Notes: generated from the letters alone by a model not told the origin. A stretch of DNA of 64,000 bases from the human T2T-CHM13v2.0 reference genome, Homo sapiens (GCF_009914755.1 NC_060929.1), one strand, 5' to 3'; counted from the stretch's first letter, positions 24,937-44,165 are shown. Translations and numbers: made by a program.

Positions 24937-26156
24937 AACAGACACTTCTCAAAAGAAGACATACATGTGGCCAAGAAACATATGAAAAGAAGCTCAACAT
25001 CACTCATCATTAGAGAAATGCAAATCAAAACTGCAATGAGATACAATATCACATCAGTCAGAAAGGCTATTATTAAAAAGTCAAAAATAACAGATGCTGG
25101 CAAGGTTGCAGAGAAAAGAGAACACATATATGCTATTGGTGGGAGTGTAAATTAGTTCAAGCATTGTGGAATGCACTATGGTGATTCCTCAAAGAGCTAA
25201 AAGCAGAACTACCATTTGACCCAGAAATCCCATTACAGGGTATATATACCCAGAGGAATATAAATCATTCTACTATGCACATGCACGTGAATGTTCATTG
25301 CAGCACTATTCACAATAGCAAAGACACAGAATCAACCTAAATGCTCATCAGTGGCAGATTGGATAAAGAAAATGTGTGACCTATACACCATGGAATACTA
25401 TGCAGCCATAAAAAAGAATGAGATCATGTCTTTCATGGGAACATGGATGGAGCTGGAGGCCATTATCCTTAGCAAACTAATGCAGGAATAGAAAACCAAA
25501 TACTGCATGATATGTCCCCACCCAAATCTCATCTGGAATTGTAATCCTCATAATCCCCACATGTCAAGGGAGAGACCACAAGGAGGTAATTGAATCATAG
25601 GGGCTGTTTCCCCCATGGTGTTCTCCTGATAGTGAGTGAGTTCTCACAAGATCTTATGGTTTTATAAGAGGCTCTTCCCCTTTTGCTCCACACTTCTCCT
25701 TCTTGCTATCTTGTGAAGAAGGTGCCTTGCTTCCTCTTCGTTTTCCACCATGATTGTTAAGTTTCCTGAGGCCTCCCCAGACATGCTGAACTGTGAGTCA
25801 ATTAAACCTCTTTTCTTAATAAATTACCCAGTCTCCAGCAGTTTTTATACCAGTATGAAAACGGACTAATACACCACATGTTCTCACTTATAAGTGGGAG
25901 CTAAATGATGAGAACTCATGAACACAAAGACAGAAATGGCAGACACTGGGGTCTACCTGAGGGTGGAAGGTGAGAGGAGAGAGAGGAGCAGAAAAGATAA
26001 CTATTGGGTACTGGGATTAATACCTGGGTGATGAAATAATCTGTACAATAAGCCCCCATGAAACATGTTTACCTATGGAACAAACCTTCACGTGTACCCC
26101 CAAACCTAAAATAAAAGTTAAAAATAAATCAACAAATAATTTTTTAAAAAAAAAAG
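24937..26156 (+). mobile_element. L1 3' end (old L1PA/L1PB), interrupted by a MaLR LTR
   Basis: ORF2 C-terminal remnants (NRHFSKEDI...; MFIAALFTIAK...), 3'UTR and A-tail. Confidence 0.9.
25508..25873 (+). mobile_element. MaLR solo LTR (MST/THE1-type) nested in L1
   Basis: tgatatg...ccccacccaaatctcat...ggactaataca; flanks ctgca/ccaca. Confidence 0.88.
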
Positions 26157-27034
26157 AATCGGCAAGTTTGGTTACCTATATTGCAAGCATCTGGACAGAG
26201 GTGAGTTTTTTTAGTAATCAACACTTGTGCTTAATGAACAGTTTTGTTGATAATTTAACTGTCTCTGTGTGTTTATATGGAGAAGTCCCCTAAAACCCAT
26301 TTGCTTAATTACTTCTTTAGCTCTAGAAAGGCTTAAACAGAGGCCAACCCTGTCTTAGCCTGGGCACATAGGCTACGCTTTGGAACAAAAGCATACTGGA
26401 TTTTCACATAGCATTCTTAGTTTGAGGGAAATTCTTATAACACTGGGAAATGTCATATTCAAGTGTGTGTACAAATGATCATTTTTCTATTAAATGAACT
26501 TCGTAAGCTGCTGCCTCTCCTCAACTTTACCAATGTACGTAAATCTTTTAGTGCATCCAGTTACATGGAAAAGAAAAATCATAGATGATTATCAACAAAA
26601 TGGGTTTTTTAATTTTGAATATTTATTATAAAGATAATTACTTTTTAAGTTAAAGTGTCAAGCTTAAAATATGAAGACTATTATATAGTAAAATCCATAG
26701 CGATTGTTTCCATTATTTAGTATAAGAAACATATCTTCTTCTCATACTAGAACTGGGAAAATAAATCAATTGTTTCTTTTATTCTTTTCATTAAAAAATA
26801 ATTGTGTATATGATGTTCTTAAAACACAAACCTAATTTAATTGGAATTTATCATTGACTGACATTTTCTGACATAATTTATTTCATTATGTTAGTTTAAA
26901 AGCAGTAAAGAATACCCATGCTGAAACATTCCAAAATATGTTCACAGTTCAAGTAAAAAATAAATCAATAAAAATATTTAGAATATATCATTAATAGCAA
27001 TGTTATTTGTTTTTCTTTCTTCAGTGTCACTTAC

Positions 27035-27258
27035 ATTTGGTTCCTTGATGACCTCTGAAGTAGTGTTCAGCATTCCCTGCCAGACCCGAGAAAGATCTCG
27101 TAGGTTAAACACATAATGGAATTTTGCAGGGGTAGGAAGCATTTTAATCTTGGTCATCTGCCATAGTCGGCGTGTCAGAGGCACCAATTTTGTCACAGAA
27201 TCTCTCACTTCTTCTGAGAAACCCCTCTGAGTACAGTAGTGGCCTACCCCAATCACAC
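27035..27258 (-). CDS. DNAH5: DNAH5 coding exon (~exon 50)
   Basis: 224 nt, ttcag|...|gtaagt; (G)[13 protein letters not shown]...[36 protein letters not shown]. Confidence 0.96.
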
Positions 27259-28555
27259 CTGAAAAGGGGGAAATTACAGCATTTTGATTAGCCATTCAAA
27301 GAAATTAAATGAAAATGAAAAGCATTATAGCATAGGGTTTGCAAAAATGTCATTATACATTTTAATAGATAATCACATATAAAAGAAAAGTATGTTAATG
27401 TTCTCTTGTTTTTTCAAATACAGTATAACAAAAAATAGATACAAGTTTAAGAAAATAAGTTCAAAACACTGAAAAACTGATTAAGAAATACTGCCGAAGA
27501 CTCTGGTTGCACCACTTCAATATTATTAAATGGGTAACAATGATAAATGCATGAAGTTACCTTATAATAAGATAAGAAAAAAGTTTTTATAAGTCCTCTA
27601 AGGTTTCTAGTTTCTGTCATTGCCTTTCCACGCATTATAAAATACTTTCATTTACTTTTTATGTAAAATTTTCCAGGCAATAAGGAATAATTAAAAATGA
27701 TAACAGTCATTTTTTTCTGGTCCATGTTTCTTTTCCCAAGCTTAGATAATTCCAATGTCTGTTGGTTTCCAGACCTTGCTCACTGCTGTGACTGAAGGGA
27801 GATTACTGCCATACTTCACTAGCCTGGGGCACCCAGATGACATTTTCGTTTGCCAGAAATTAATTAGGGTAATCCTGATGAGCTTTTTCTCAATAGCAGC
27901 GTCAGAAATTGTAAACTAAATACTTAACATAAATGTGTTCAAACCTTTATGCTCTTTTCTGCACAAATAAGTCACAAGTGCATAATCATTACTCGGGTAG
28001 GCATATATGCTTACTTATTTGGCTAGTGATTGTTCGACTAAATTATCTATGAAATACTACATATTTAATCAATAACTTATTAGAATCCAGTAAATTACTC
28101 TGAATTTCAGACCGTGTCCAATCTGCGCTCTGGGTGCCATTATTTCTTTGGCCAAAATCATTCTATGGGTTGGTTAAAGTATAAGCTACATAAACTTTCG
28201 ACATGGAACATAGCAATCCAGACCTCAAAACTATGTGCCCATGAGGAAACAACCTCATGTATGGGGAAACAATTTCATTTCCATGTTCATTTAATGTTAA
28301 ACCTCCTTGCTTAAGAAGTTAGAAACAGTTAAAGAAAACCATAAATGGAAAAGCTCTACCAAGTCATCCAAATCAGGAAACACCTAGAATCAATCCCTAT
28401 AGGAAATGAAATACACTGCTTGAGAGTGATGGAGGCTGTAGACCAAGGAGCCACCCAGTGCTCTTTCTGTGTGGGTCTTGGGTGAAGATTTTCAAAAAGG
28501 AACCCAAGCAGGTGTTCTTCCTCACCCTCCCACCCCACATCCTCTTGATCTTTAC

Positions 28556-28769
28556 CAAAGATCTTGTCCACAGAAGCTTCAGAGGGCAACGTGCAATTAA
28601 ATATAGAGAACTGCCTCTTGAGTCTTTGGGGTATGTCATTGCGTCCACCACCAGGATGGATCATGGCTGCCAAAAACTGGATGTCCACGATGCTGGTGAA
28701 CTCCCCAGGCTTCTCTAGATTATAGAATCCATTTTGTTCCATCAGCTGTCGCACTATCTCATTCGTAAC
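28556..28769 (-). CDS. DNAH5: DNAH5 coding exon (~exon 49), AAA3
   Basis: 214 nt, tgtag|...|gtaaag; [24 protein letters not shown]...[21 protein letters not shown]...VDKIF. Confidence 0.96.
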
Positions 28770-28976
28770 CTACAAAAGACAACTTTCAGAATTAAAGCAT
28801 CATTCCTTTCTATCCCCGGAGCCTAACTCCTTGAGTGTTTCCAAAGAAAGAACTTTACTGGAATTCAGAAATTATATCTTGAAAAAGTAAAAACTTAAAA
28901 AAAATTTTTAAAAACTCTTCTAAGAATAAATCAATACCAAATTAAAGAAATAAAATGCACAATAGAATGATGATAC

Positions 28977-29099
28977 CTGATCTCCCCACTCATTGATTAT
29001 TGGCATATTCACATCATCAATAAAAACAGTCATCTTCTTTCCCGCAGGAGGGCCATATGTTGTACCCATTCGTTTATCCACATAGCTCTCTATCGTCCT
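28977..29099 (-). CDS. DNAH5: DNAH5 coding exon (~exon 48), AAA3 Walker B
   Basis: 123 nt, cacag|...|gtatca; [41 protein letters not shown]. Confidence 0.96.
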
Positions 29100-29724
29100 C
29101 TGTGAAAAAAAAATCAACTGAAACATCTGTGAAAATATCCCCTAAAACCTGGTCAATTATTTTAAAAAACAACAAAAACTGGTAACCTTTGAACTGATAT
29201 GAATTATTTCTAAAAAGCCAAATTTCCCCCTTAATTCTAACAAATTCTAAAGTACCTAAATTATCTTGTATAACATTCACAAAATTTGAAAATCCAGTTT
29301 AATTTAGAAGGAAATGAAATTCTAACCAATGTGAATTTGAATGGGATGAGACTCGTCTGTCCATTTCTAAAAATTTACTTTTGTCTTCTTCTGTTGGTGA
29401 CACTATGTTCCCCATTATTCAAAGTCTTGCTAATAGTTTCCCTATAACCAGCAACAAAGTTAAACAAGGCTACTGTGTGAGAAGCTTCTGAGGTCTGCAC
29501 TCCGAGCTGCACAGCCCATCATGGTCTGAAGGCTGAAACTGACTGCTGTCACCTGGCACAGCTCATACCCACTCTTTTGGGCAGATGCAGTTACACGGAT
29601 TCAATTCTCATTCCCTGACACAGAGTGAACAAAGCTCACTTATGTCTTCTCTCTCATTTTTACATTCTGAGCTTAGGCAGTGCAAGAGAAGACCACGCTG
29701 CACTCTGTAAAAAACCTTCCTTGA

Positions 29725-30057
<333 letters not shown>

Positions 30058-30072
30058 TTAAAACTGAAAGAA

Positions 30073-33263
<3,191 letters not shown>

Positions 33264-33768
33264 AACTGAAAGAAGGGACACTGGAAGGGGTAGGAAGAGG
33301 ATCTGAGGAGAGGACTCCAGGCTCTTGACTGGTGTTCTCACGTCCATGGTAGTGCAATGTGGCTTGGGAATCAATTGTCTTTCAAAATGTATGCATGAGT
33401 AACCAGAGTCTGGCACTGCAAAGCAAACAGAAAGGGCTTTGAAGTTCTCAAACTCCAGAAGCTTCAAAACTCAAAAGCTCATTTCATTTCTATAACTGTA
33501 GGAATCCACTAATGCATGATTTTAAATCATGTTAAAGATGTTGTATAAATACAGAAGAAAGTGGAGGTATGTAAAGATAAAATAAATTCTCCTTCTCTTA
33601 TCCAAAAGATGTTTTATTTCATGACAAAGAACAAACCAGTTAAAAGTGAATTTTATGAACAAGATATAACCACAAAATGAGACAAAATATAAGACAAAAA
33701 AAAGCAAAACTATACAACTGTCCTTGAGAATCTTCACAGTAATTGCACAGTGTACATTTTCATCATGA

Positions 33769-33779
33769 TTTTATTTATT

Positions 33780-33822
<43 letters not shown>

Positions 33823-34099
33823 TTTTGAGACAGTGTCTTGCTCTGTTACCCAGGCTGGAGTGCAATGTTGGCTAACTGCAGCCTTTGCCTCCCGGGTTCA
33901 AGCGATTCTCCTGCCTCAGCCTCCCAGTAGTTGGGATTACAGGTGCACACCACCACACCCTGCTAATTTTTGTATTTTTAGTAGAGATGGGATTTCACTA
34001 TGTTGGCCAAGCTAGTCTCAAACTCCTGACCTCAGGTGATCCACCTGCCTCAGCTTCCCAATGTGCTGGGATTACAGGCATGAGCCACTGTGCCTGGCC
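33769..34099 (-). mobile_element. AluS element with (TTTA)n tail
   Basis: Full dimer reverse complement. Confidence 0.94.
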
Positions 34100-34715
34100 T
34101 CATCATTTTAATGAATAATAGCAAGCAATGTGAAAATTTTTCACTATTTTTAAATAGAATGAGATATAAATATATTACAACTCATTCAATTACAAAACAA
34201 ATCTCCCATGACATTGTACAATAGCAAAAAGAATTTCATACCCCCTCCCCACAAAAATGCAAAATTGTTTGCATTTGCTAAATTTGCTCTTCTTTTCAAT
34301 GAATTGGAATGCACCTCCTTATGGCCAACTAGGACTTCCAGACATTCCCATGTCTATTAATGAGAACACTTTTTGGCACATGAAGATTTTATGTATTGGG
34401 AAGCTTTCTCAAGAGCTAAATGTACTAGGTGGGATAGTCAGAGTAATACAGAGTAATAGCCACACACTATATTTTCTTCCCCTCCACTGTAACCCTAATT
34501 TTTTTGAAATGATAGGAAATCATCCCTATCACCACTAAGCTATACATGTCATAAAAGAGTTAAATTGACAAAAGCACAACAAAATAGGGAGAAAAATTAA
34601 GCAACCTGAGAACCTAGAAGTTGAGATTTCTTTCCATTTTTAGAATTGTTGCAGATTCAATAGTTACCTGAGTGTTGAAGTTTGGTAAGACCTCCTGAAG
34701 GCCTGAAACACAACA

Positions 34716-35288
34716 CAGGTTGGTTATGCCTTCTCTGAAATGCTTGGAACCAGAAGTGTTTTGTATATTGAATGTTTTCAGATTTGGGAATATTTGCATA
34801 TACATAATGAGATATCTTGGGGATGGAACCCAAATCTAAACATAAAAGCCATTTGGGTTTCCTATATACACTTTATATATATAACCAGGAAGTAGTTATA
34901 TATGCTATGTATGTATGTGTGTATTTATTAAAATGTGTATTTATATGTTTACTTACATTTTATTTTAAAATATTTAAAATTAAATATTTCATATTTATAC
35001 AATTTTGTGCATGAAACAACATTCGTGTATATTGAACAATATATGTTGGACATGCTTGCATGGGGGAATCTGGTAGTGTGCTGAAAAGATATGAAAGCAG
35101 GAGGGTGCTGGGAGGGTCTTTCTTCCCTTGGGGATGCTGAATAAACTGTGTGTTGTGCACCTGCATTTTGACTACAACCTGTCACTTGAGGTGAGGTGTG
35201 AAATATTTTGAGCTTGCCAATGCTCAAAAAGTTTTGGATTTTGGAGCAACTTGAATTTCAGATTTTCAGATTAGGCATGTTCCTCCTG
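34716..35288 (+). mobile_element. Tigger4/MER46-like TcMar DNA transposon
   Basis: caggttggttatgccttctctgaaatgcttggaaccagaagtgtttt start and ...gattttcagattaggcatgttcctcctg(ta) inverted end. Confidence 0.75.
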
Positions 35289-36117
35289 TATTGCATGCTC
35301 TACTCCTTTGGATAGCTATCCATTTGGGGCTGTTCGAAAAAACTGTATACTTGGACATCTGATCTGTCCAAGCTGGAGGTTCCATAACATCACAAAAATA
35401 AGCATATTCAAACATAAACTCCACTTCCTTACTCAGCACAAAGTCTGCACCCCTTTGGGGTGCTCAATTCAGAAAGTGGCACCAACTACCTATTGCCCCA
35501 TCCAAAAATTTCCACATCTAACAACACTGAGTTTTTCTATTATAATTTCAACACCCTTTCTAAAGTATCTCTTCCTACCTAAACAACAGTAGGCCCCCAT
35601 TCCATTATGTCTTTCTTTCTCACAGGGATTAATGTCATGACCCCTTAAATTGCCTTCCCTGACTGCAGTCAATCCTGGAAACTTCCTTATGACTCATACA
35701 CAATGGCTATATTGCATGATTTGTAATTTTACCTAGAATTTTTTTGTCTCCCCCAAAGAAATCCGTCTAAAGAATCACGGATCATCTGTGTAGTATTCTG
35801 CCACCCACATTCCTTCCAATCTCTTTGATTGGTGTTCCCACCTCATCCACTGTTTTGCTGTTATGAACTGCGGTCCAGTTAATAAAACCAAGTAGATATG
35901 TTCGCTTATTAGATTATTGCCTGTCTCCTCCACTAGAAGGTAAGGAGGGAAGGCACCTTGTTTTCCTTACTTTACTCATTATTTCATCCTCAGTGTCTAG
36001 AAGGGTGTCTGGTACTATGTGTTTGTTGTTAAATATTTTTTACATAAATAAATACAAGAAACCTGGAGTCATCTTTGACTTTTCTCACTGTCTCCTATGC
36101 CTCTCCTCCAACAACCT

Positions 36118-36507
36118 TGATATGGTTTGGCTCTGTGTCCCCACCCAAATCTCATGTGGAATTGTCATCCCCAATGTTGGAGGTGAGGCCTGGTGGGAGG
36201 TGACTGGATCATGGAGGTGGTTTCTAACGGTTTAGCACTATCCCCCCAGTGCTGTCTCATGAGTGAGTTCTCACGAGATCTGGTTGCTTAAAGGTGTGTA
36301 GCACCTCCACCTTTGCTCTCTCACTCCTGCTCCGGCCACGTGAGAAGTGTCTACTTCCCCTTCCAACATAACTGAAAGTTTCCTGAGGCCTCCCCAGCCA
36401 CGTTTCCCGTATAGTCTGTGGAATCATGAGCCAATTAAACCTCTTTTCTTTATAAATTACCCAGTCTCAGGTCATTCTTTATAGTAGTGCAAGAACAGAC
36501 TAACATA
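36118..36507 (+). mobile_element. MaLR solo LTR (MST-type)
   Basis: tgatatggtttggctctgtgtccccacccaaatctcatg...gaacagactaacata; TSD aacct/aaccc. Confidence 0.88.
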
Positions 36508-39500
36508 AACCCCTACTCAACCAATCACAAGTTCTGGTAGTTCCACTTCCTAACCAAGGTTGAATGCATCCTTGTTCTGTTTCCTTTCTCATTTTACCAT
36601 CTTGGTCCAGCCCAACCTCCCTCCTGAGAAATGACTGCGACTGTCTCCTCTCAGGTCTCTCTGAGTGCAGCCATGTCTCTTGCATCTTGTTCTCCACTCT
36701 ACAGCCAGAACGAGCTTTCTAAAGGGCAATGCAATCCTCCTCAGGACTCCAGGGGGTTCCTCGTCAGTGACTTACAGGGAACTCTATGGTACCCACTACT
36801 TACTCCTCCAGTCTCACTTCCAGACAGTCCTTCTCACTGTCTTTGTTCTGGACCCTCAGGGTCTTAGTTCATTTACATACAGTTAAAAAAAAACACATAG
36901 ACTGTGAAGTGATGTTCACCTTATAGGCTGGCTTACAGTATTCCTTATGGGATCCTTATTTATATATTTCTAGAGTAGCCATTTCTAAGCCAAAAAAAAA
37001 TCTCTCAGGATTATCATTAGCCAAATTCACATTGTGAAATATTGATTTAGATGAGTGATCTTCTAAAAATGTCACTTCTGTCAATCCAGTTACTGATTTT
37101 TAAAAAAAAAAAATTAAGTCTCTAGCAAGGACTTGCACTAAGGACATATACTGTTCTTTGAGAATAGACAATCACTTTACTCTGAAATTGGGGAATCGTA
37201 GTCAGCATGACAGCATCTTATGCAATTTATGAAACCTAAACAAGATTCCAATCTCATTGTCTGTCTACACTCATAGGATATCATTAACCCAAGCTGTGAC
37301 AGCAGCATTTTAAGACATGAAAACCAGATGGTCAGAAAACCAGGTAGGCTGAGGAATGGAGCTCCCTTCTGGCTCTTTTCTGAGCTAGAAGCCCTAAACC
37401 TAGGGACAATTCAATTACTGAATTAATTTCTCAATAGACAACTCAGCTTTTATAATTCCTAGAAATTAATATAAATAATAAACTCCCCCAAGGAATGATC
37501 AACTCTTTCATTATGCTGATTTCTGTAATCCCCTATGGAAACTAATCGGCTCCTCCTCCGGACTCCACAGTACAGCATTGAGATTCTGCCATAAGTAGCA
37601 CTTATCTTGTCAACTACACTTGGTTATGCACATGTCTGTTTCCCCAACAAGACAAAGGGAGGAAAGCAACATTGGAAGGGGTATTGGAAGGATCACGTGC
37701 AGCTGAGGCGACGGTGCATTGCCTAGTTCTTAGGTACAACATTCACGCAATCATCTTTGTGAATGAGACACAGTGCAAAATCTGCACGACCTGCAAGGTC
37801 TTACATAACAGCTCTGACTAGGCTGAAAGTCAGGAAAAACGAACTAAACTACTGCTTCTCACATTTATCAACTCTATGATTTCAGGTAAGCCACTTAATA
37901 TTTCTGGGTATAATACAACCCAGAAATGAGAGTGTGTATAGATACGTAAATCATATGTACGTACATAAATATGCATATGAATATGCATATATGCATTATG
38001 CATTAATGATATAATAATATATATGAAAGCAATTCATGAGCTTAATGTAGTATAAAATGTAAAGCTATTTTATTATTTCTATGTGTAGCTCTATACACTA
38101 GCACCTAAATCATTTTTCATGCATGTTACATACAATTAAACAGAAATATAAAATATAATTAATTTTAGGTTTTCATATGTGTGCTATTAGCTAAAACATA
38201 AAAATGGAGAGTTATGCTCTTTATTAAGAAATCTACTGCCTAATAACATCTTCCCATTTTATTGTAATTCAAACAAAAATAGTCTTACATTAGGAAAGTT
38301 TAAAATGCTCAATAGTACATTGTAAAAAGTAAAATATGTCAAAAATCACATGAAAATACAATAATGCATAACTGAAGCTAAAAATAAAACAAGTGCACTA
38401 AGTGATAAACCAGCCCTTTAGATATTAATATAGATAAAGAAAGGCCATTGGAAGGAAGCATGTGGGTGCACAGCACAGCAGAGCACATGGACCCTGGTTT
38501 CCAGCTGTTTCCAGCTTAGGTTCTGCCACCAACTAAGTGAATTCAGACAATGCTTGAATCTCCTTCCACCCAAGTACATCAGTCTTAACCGTAAAACCTG
38601 ACATTTTAAGAGAGCTTTATGATACAAATATACTTTCACATATTATCTCTTAGGAAACTAGTCTTCAAACTGTGCTCTGAGGAGCCAAAAGGATTTTCTG
38701 CAAACACAGGGATCCCTTGCAGGAAGAAAAGATGAGGCTGGAATGGGCTGCAGGACCCCAGCTCCAATTCCACCAAAGCAAATCCATGGTTACTTATTTT
38801 ATAGATTAATCTACTGCACAAGATGTCACTTGGAAAAGTGGTTCTGGGTCCAAAAAACACTGTGGAATTTCCTTCCAGGTCTAGGAGTCTTATTTTTTAA
38901 AAAATAAAACCTATTGCTATGCAACCATTTGTAAGATGGTAGCTATATTCAAAAAACTTTATAATTATTTTTAGAAATCTTTTCAGAAATTATCTTAATT
39001 TTTGCTTTCTTGTTTTCACCTTCTTGTATTGCTTAAATTTCTACTTCTATGTATGAATTACTTTCAAAAATAAAAAAATTAATATTAGTTCGGGGGGAAA
39101 AATGAGGAATCTTTCTTAAAAAATGGACTAAATTCCCTTAGCCAAAAAATGGAGTGACTGTATAATTTTTGTCCAAACTTTTGATAGTGGCAAAGGATGC
39201 TATTAATTATTAATCTGAGACAATGAAAGTAACCTGGATTGTCCGAGGCAAAAAGTGACAGTCCCCTCTACTGATGAAAGATGTGAAAGTTACATCATGA
39301 TGAAAACAACCTGTGAAGTAACAGATACGCGCCCTTCGTTGGACAGTGTGCCATCTTGGTAACAGCTGAGAAATGGACAGTATCTATTTTCTCATCTACA
39401 ATTTCAGTTTGGTTGGGATCCAGATACGTGGGAGATGCAGAGACAAATGCTCTGCTCCATCAGCCCTGTTTAGCATGAATGACTGAAAATTACAGTGAGA

Positions 39501-39959
39501 AAGTTAATTACAACAGTTTGGCTAATTGAAAGCTTTCTAAAACTAATGAGTCTTGCTTAATAGAAATCCCTGATGCTCCACAGTCAAAACAGTCTCTGGC
39601 ACGAAACAGAGTGGATGATCCTGTGATGCTTCTGAACAGAAAAAAGAAATAGTGATGTGTTAACTCCACCTTAACACTGAAGAACAGTGGGGAATCTGGC
39701 TAAAGCCATGTGTATCAGATAATGGGAGCCTAAGGAATACTTCACTCTTCTTCTATTTATTATATTTGAATATGGTACCACTTCTAGAAATTTATTATAT
39801 GGTTTATGAATTTGTATATCAAACAACAGGTTTTCTAGATAACATATGGCTTTTTCCAGGAAATGAGTACATATTTCATGTTAAAGAGACAGAAACCACA
39901 GATCTTTAATACCTGGCAGAGATAAATGTCACAGAGTTGGTAACAAAAACGCAATGACA

Positions 39960-40960
<1,001 letters not shown>

Positions 40961-42569
40961 AGGCCTAAAGAGTTCATACAGTCTCATGAAGTGTGGATCA
41001 TTAGAAAATCACCCCACATAATGAAAAAATAATCACACTCTGATCTGATTTTTTTAAAACCTTTATCCTCAAATAATGTTATAATTATAACCTTTAAAGA
41101 GAATGTCCTCCTAAGGTAAAACTAACAAAAGCTCTTTAATTGTAAAGCGGTATTAAAGGAACACATATAACGTTAGCATCTTGCCAGCCTAGGGTAATTT
41201 AATGTGTCCTTTCCCAAACACGAAAATGCCACTGCTAAGTCACTGCAATTTGGGGTTGACCATCCATCCAGATCTGCCCACCCAGACACTATATGAATGG
41301 TATTTATTTGATAGAAAGATAGCCCATACTGGAAATCCTGTCTCCTCCAGAAGAGTATAATGAAGCTGACAGTCTTATTTAGAAGTTTAATCAATGATCT
41401 TAGTGTATTGGCACTCCGCTGTCACCAATTAAATTAAGTGATAAAAAGTGGTGATTTAACCATGCCTTCAACAAGTTTCATTGCTCTGATATTTTCATTC
41501 CAACAGCTAAAGAACAACAAAGTTCATTAAAAGCAAAGTTCTTTGGATTTGTGTTCCCCTAAAAATTTCCCTTCTATTTGCAATTTATGACATGTATCTT
41601 CTGGTGATATATTAATGTTCTAATAAAAATATGAGAGATAATTTGCAAATCACTGAAGCATGTACTGACATTTAGGATTTCCTCCTCAGTTTCAATAAGG
41701 TCTTGTACAATTTAGGACCAGGAGAAAAAGAACTATTTAAGCCACTGCAAATCTAGGTCATTCCTGGTGGTTTCATTGGGAAAAAAAAATAAACAACGCA
41801 AACTTGAGGGGTTTTTTTTCTCTCACACTTCTGTGATACATAGAGCAAAATATTTCATATCTAAGGGTCTAAGATTTTATACCTTGTTGCAATTGAGCAT
41901 GGGAGCTAGGGTGGAATGTTAAGTCGGGGAACAAGATTAAAGTGGCATTCTAGGAAGTAAGGAGTGGAAGGTATAAAAGCTAGACTGAAAGAGAATTCAA
42001 CTTGAACCAATCATAGCTGGGGATTCTTCCATGCCAATAACCTGGTACGCAATCATGCAGAAGTGGATTACCTAGAGGTAAACCAGGAGCATGAAGATAA
42101 AGAAATAGATGTGAAATGCATTTCTTTTGGTACTGTAACAGCCTTTGAGACCTGAGCAACAGGGACGCATTAAAGATTATTACAAAGTGCCTAGCCTAAA
42201 AGAGTATTAGGAACACCTTCAGGCAAGCAGACTCTAGGGAAAGGAAGTAGGTTTAGGTGGGGAATAAATGATTTTCTTTCAGTTTTGGATTTTGCGTGTT
42301 CACAGTATTTTCTACATAGATATTTTAAACCGCATTGAGGCCTATAGCACCTTATATAAGCTTTTAATGTTTCCATAATTTAAGATGTTATATTCTAACT
42401 AGGGAAACTATTGCAGTTGAATAATTGAAAGAATGGAAGACGTACGTGGGTGATTTATCATGGCTATGAAAATTCAGATGAGATTCAATTGAAGCAGAAT
42501 AGTAGAGATTTGAGCCTCCAAAGTTTATCACAAAATTGGGCTTACTGAGCCATACCAAAGAGCCAGTAC

Positions 42570-42704
42570 CTGGAACATCAGTGGGGTGGTTGCAGAAGAA
42601 AAATTCAGACTCTTGATCATGTGACATTCAGGATCATATTTTGACATAAATCCTTTAATTATTACTGTTTTGGCTGTTCCTTGTTCACCAATTAATAGCA
42701 CAGC
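42570..42704 (-). CDS. DNAH5: DNAH5 coding exon (~exon 47), AAA3 Walker A
   Basis: 135 nt, tttag|...|gtactg; [45 protein letters not shown]. Confidence 0.96.
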
Positions 42705-42748
42705 CTAAAATAGAGGGAATTGAAAAAAAAAGAAATGAAATAAATGAG

Positions 42749-43441
<693 letters not shown>

Positions 43442-43656
43442 GCGATCAAAGCAGAAGGAATCCTTTGGGGAAAAGCAAGTCAAAATTTACTTTCTGTCAA
43501 CTCATACATAAGAAATAATTACTGACTTATGAATTAGAACTATTCAACTCATATTTTAGTGGGGAATAATAAAGGAATAGTAGGTTAGGTGACATTTTCG
43601 TGTATTCTAAACTGCAACATAAAACATTTTATAATAAATGCAGGATGCTTCATGTT

Positions 43657-44009
<353 letters not shown>

Positions 44010-44022
44010 TTAAAAGTCATAC

Positions 44023-44165
44023 CTTGCCCTGTTTAGCAATGGTTTGAATTAGAAAGTCAGTCCTCACATTGTCAACATTTGGCACCAGAATAGAACCATA
44101 CTCTGGGGTGGTATCAGACGGATACAGGTATTCCTGGGTACGCGTGTTCCAGTGCGTCCATGTAC
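44023..44165 (-). CDS. DNAH5: DNAH5 coding exon (~exon 46)
   Basis: 143 nt, cttag|...|gtatga; (G)[47 protein letters not shown]. Confidence 0.95.

Noticed and set aside
36389-36401. CCTCCCCAGCCAC resembling the PRDM9-A hotspot 13-mer
   Set aside because: Lacks the key T of CCTCCCT; close to ordinary MaLR consensus
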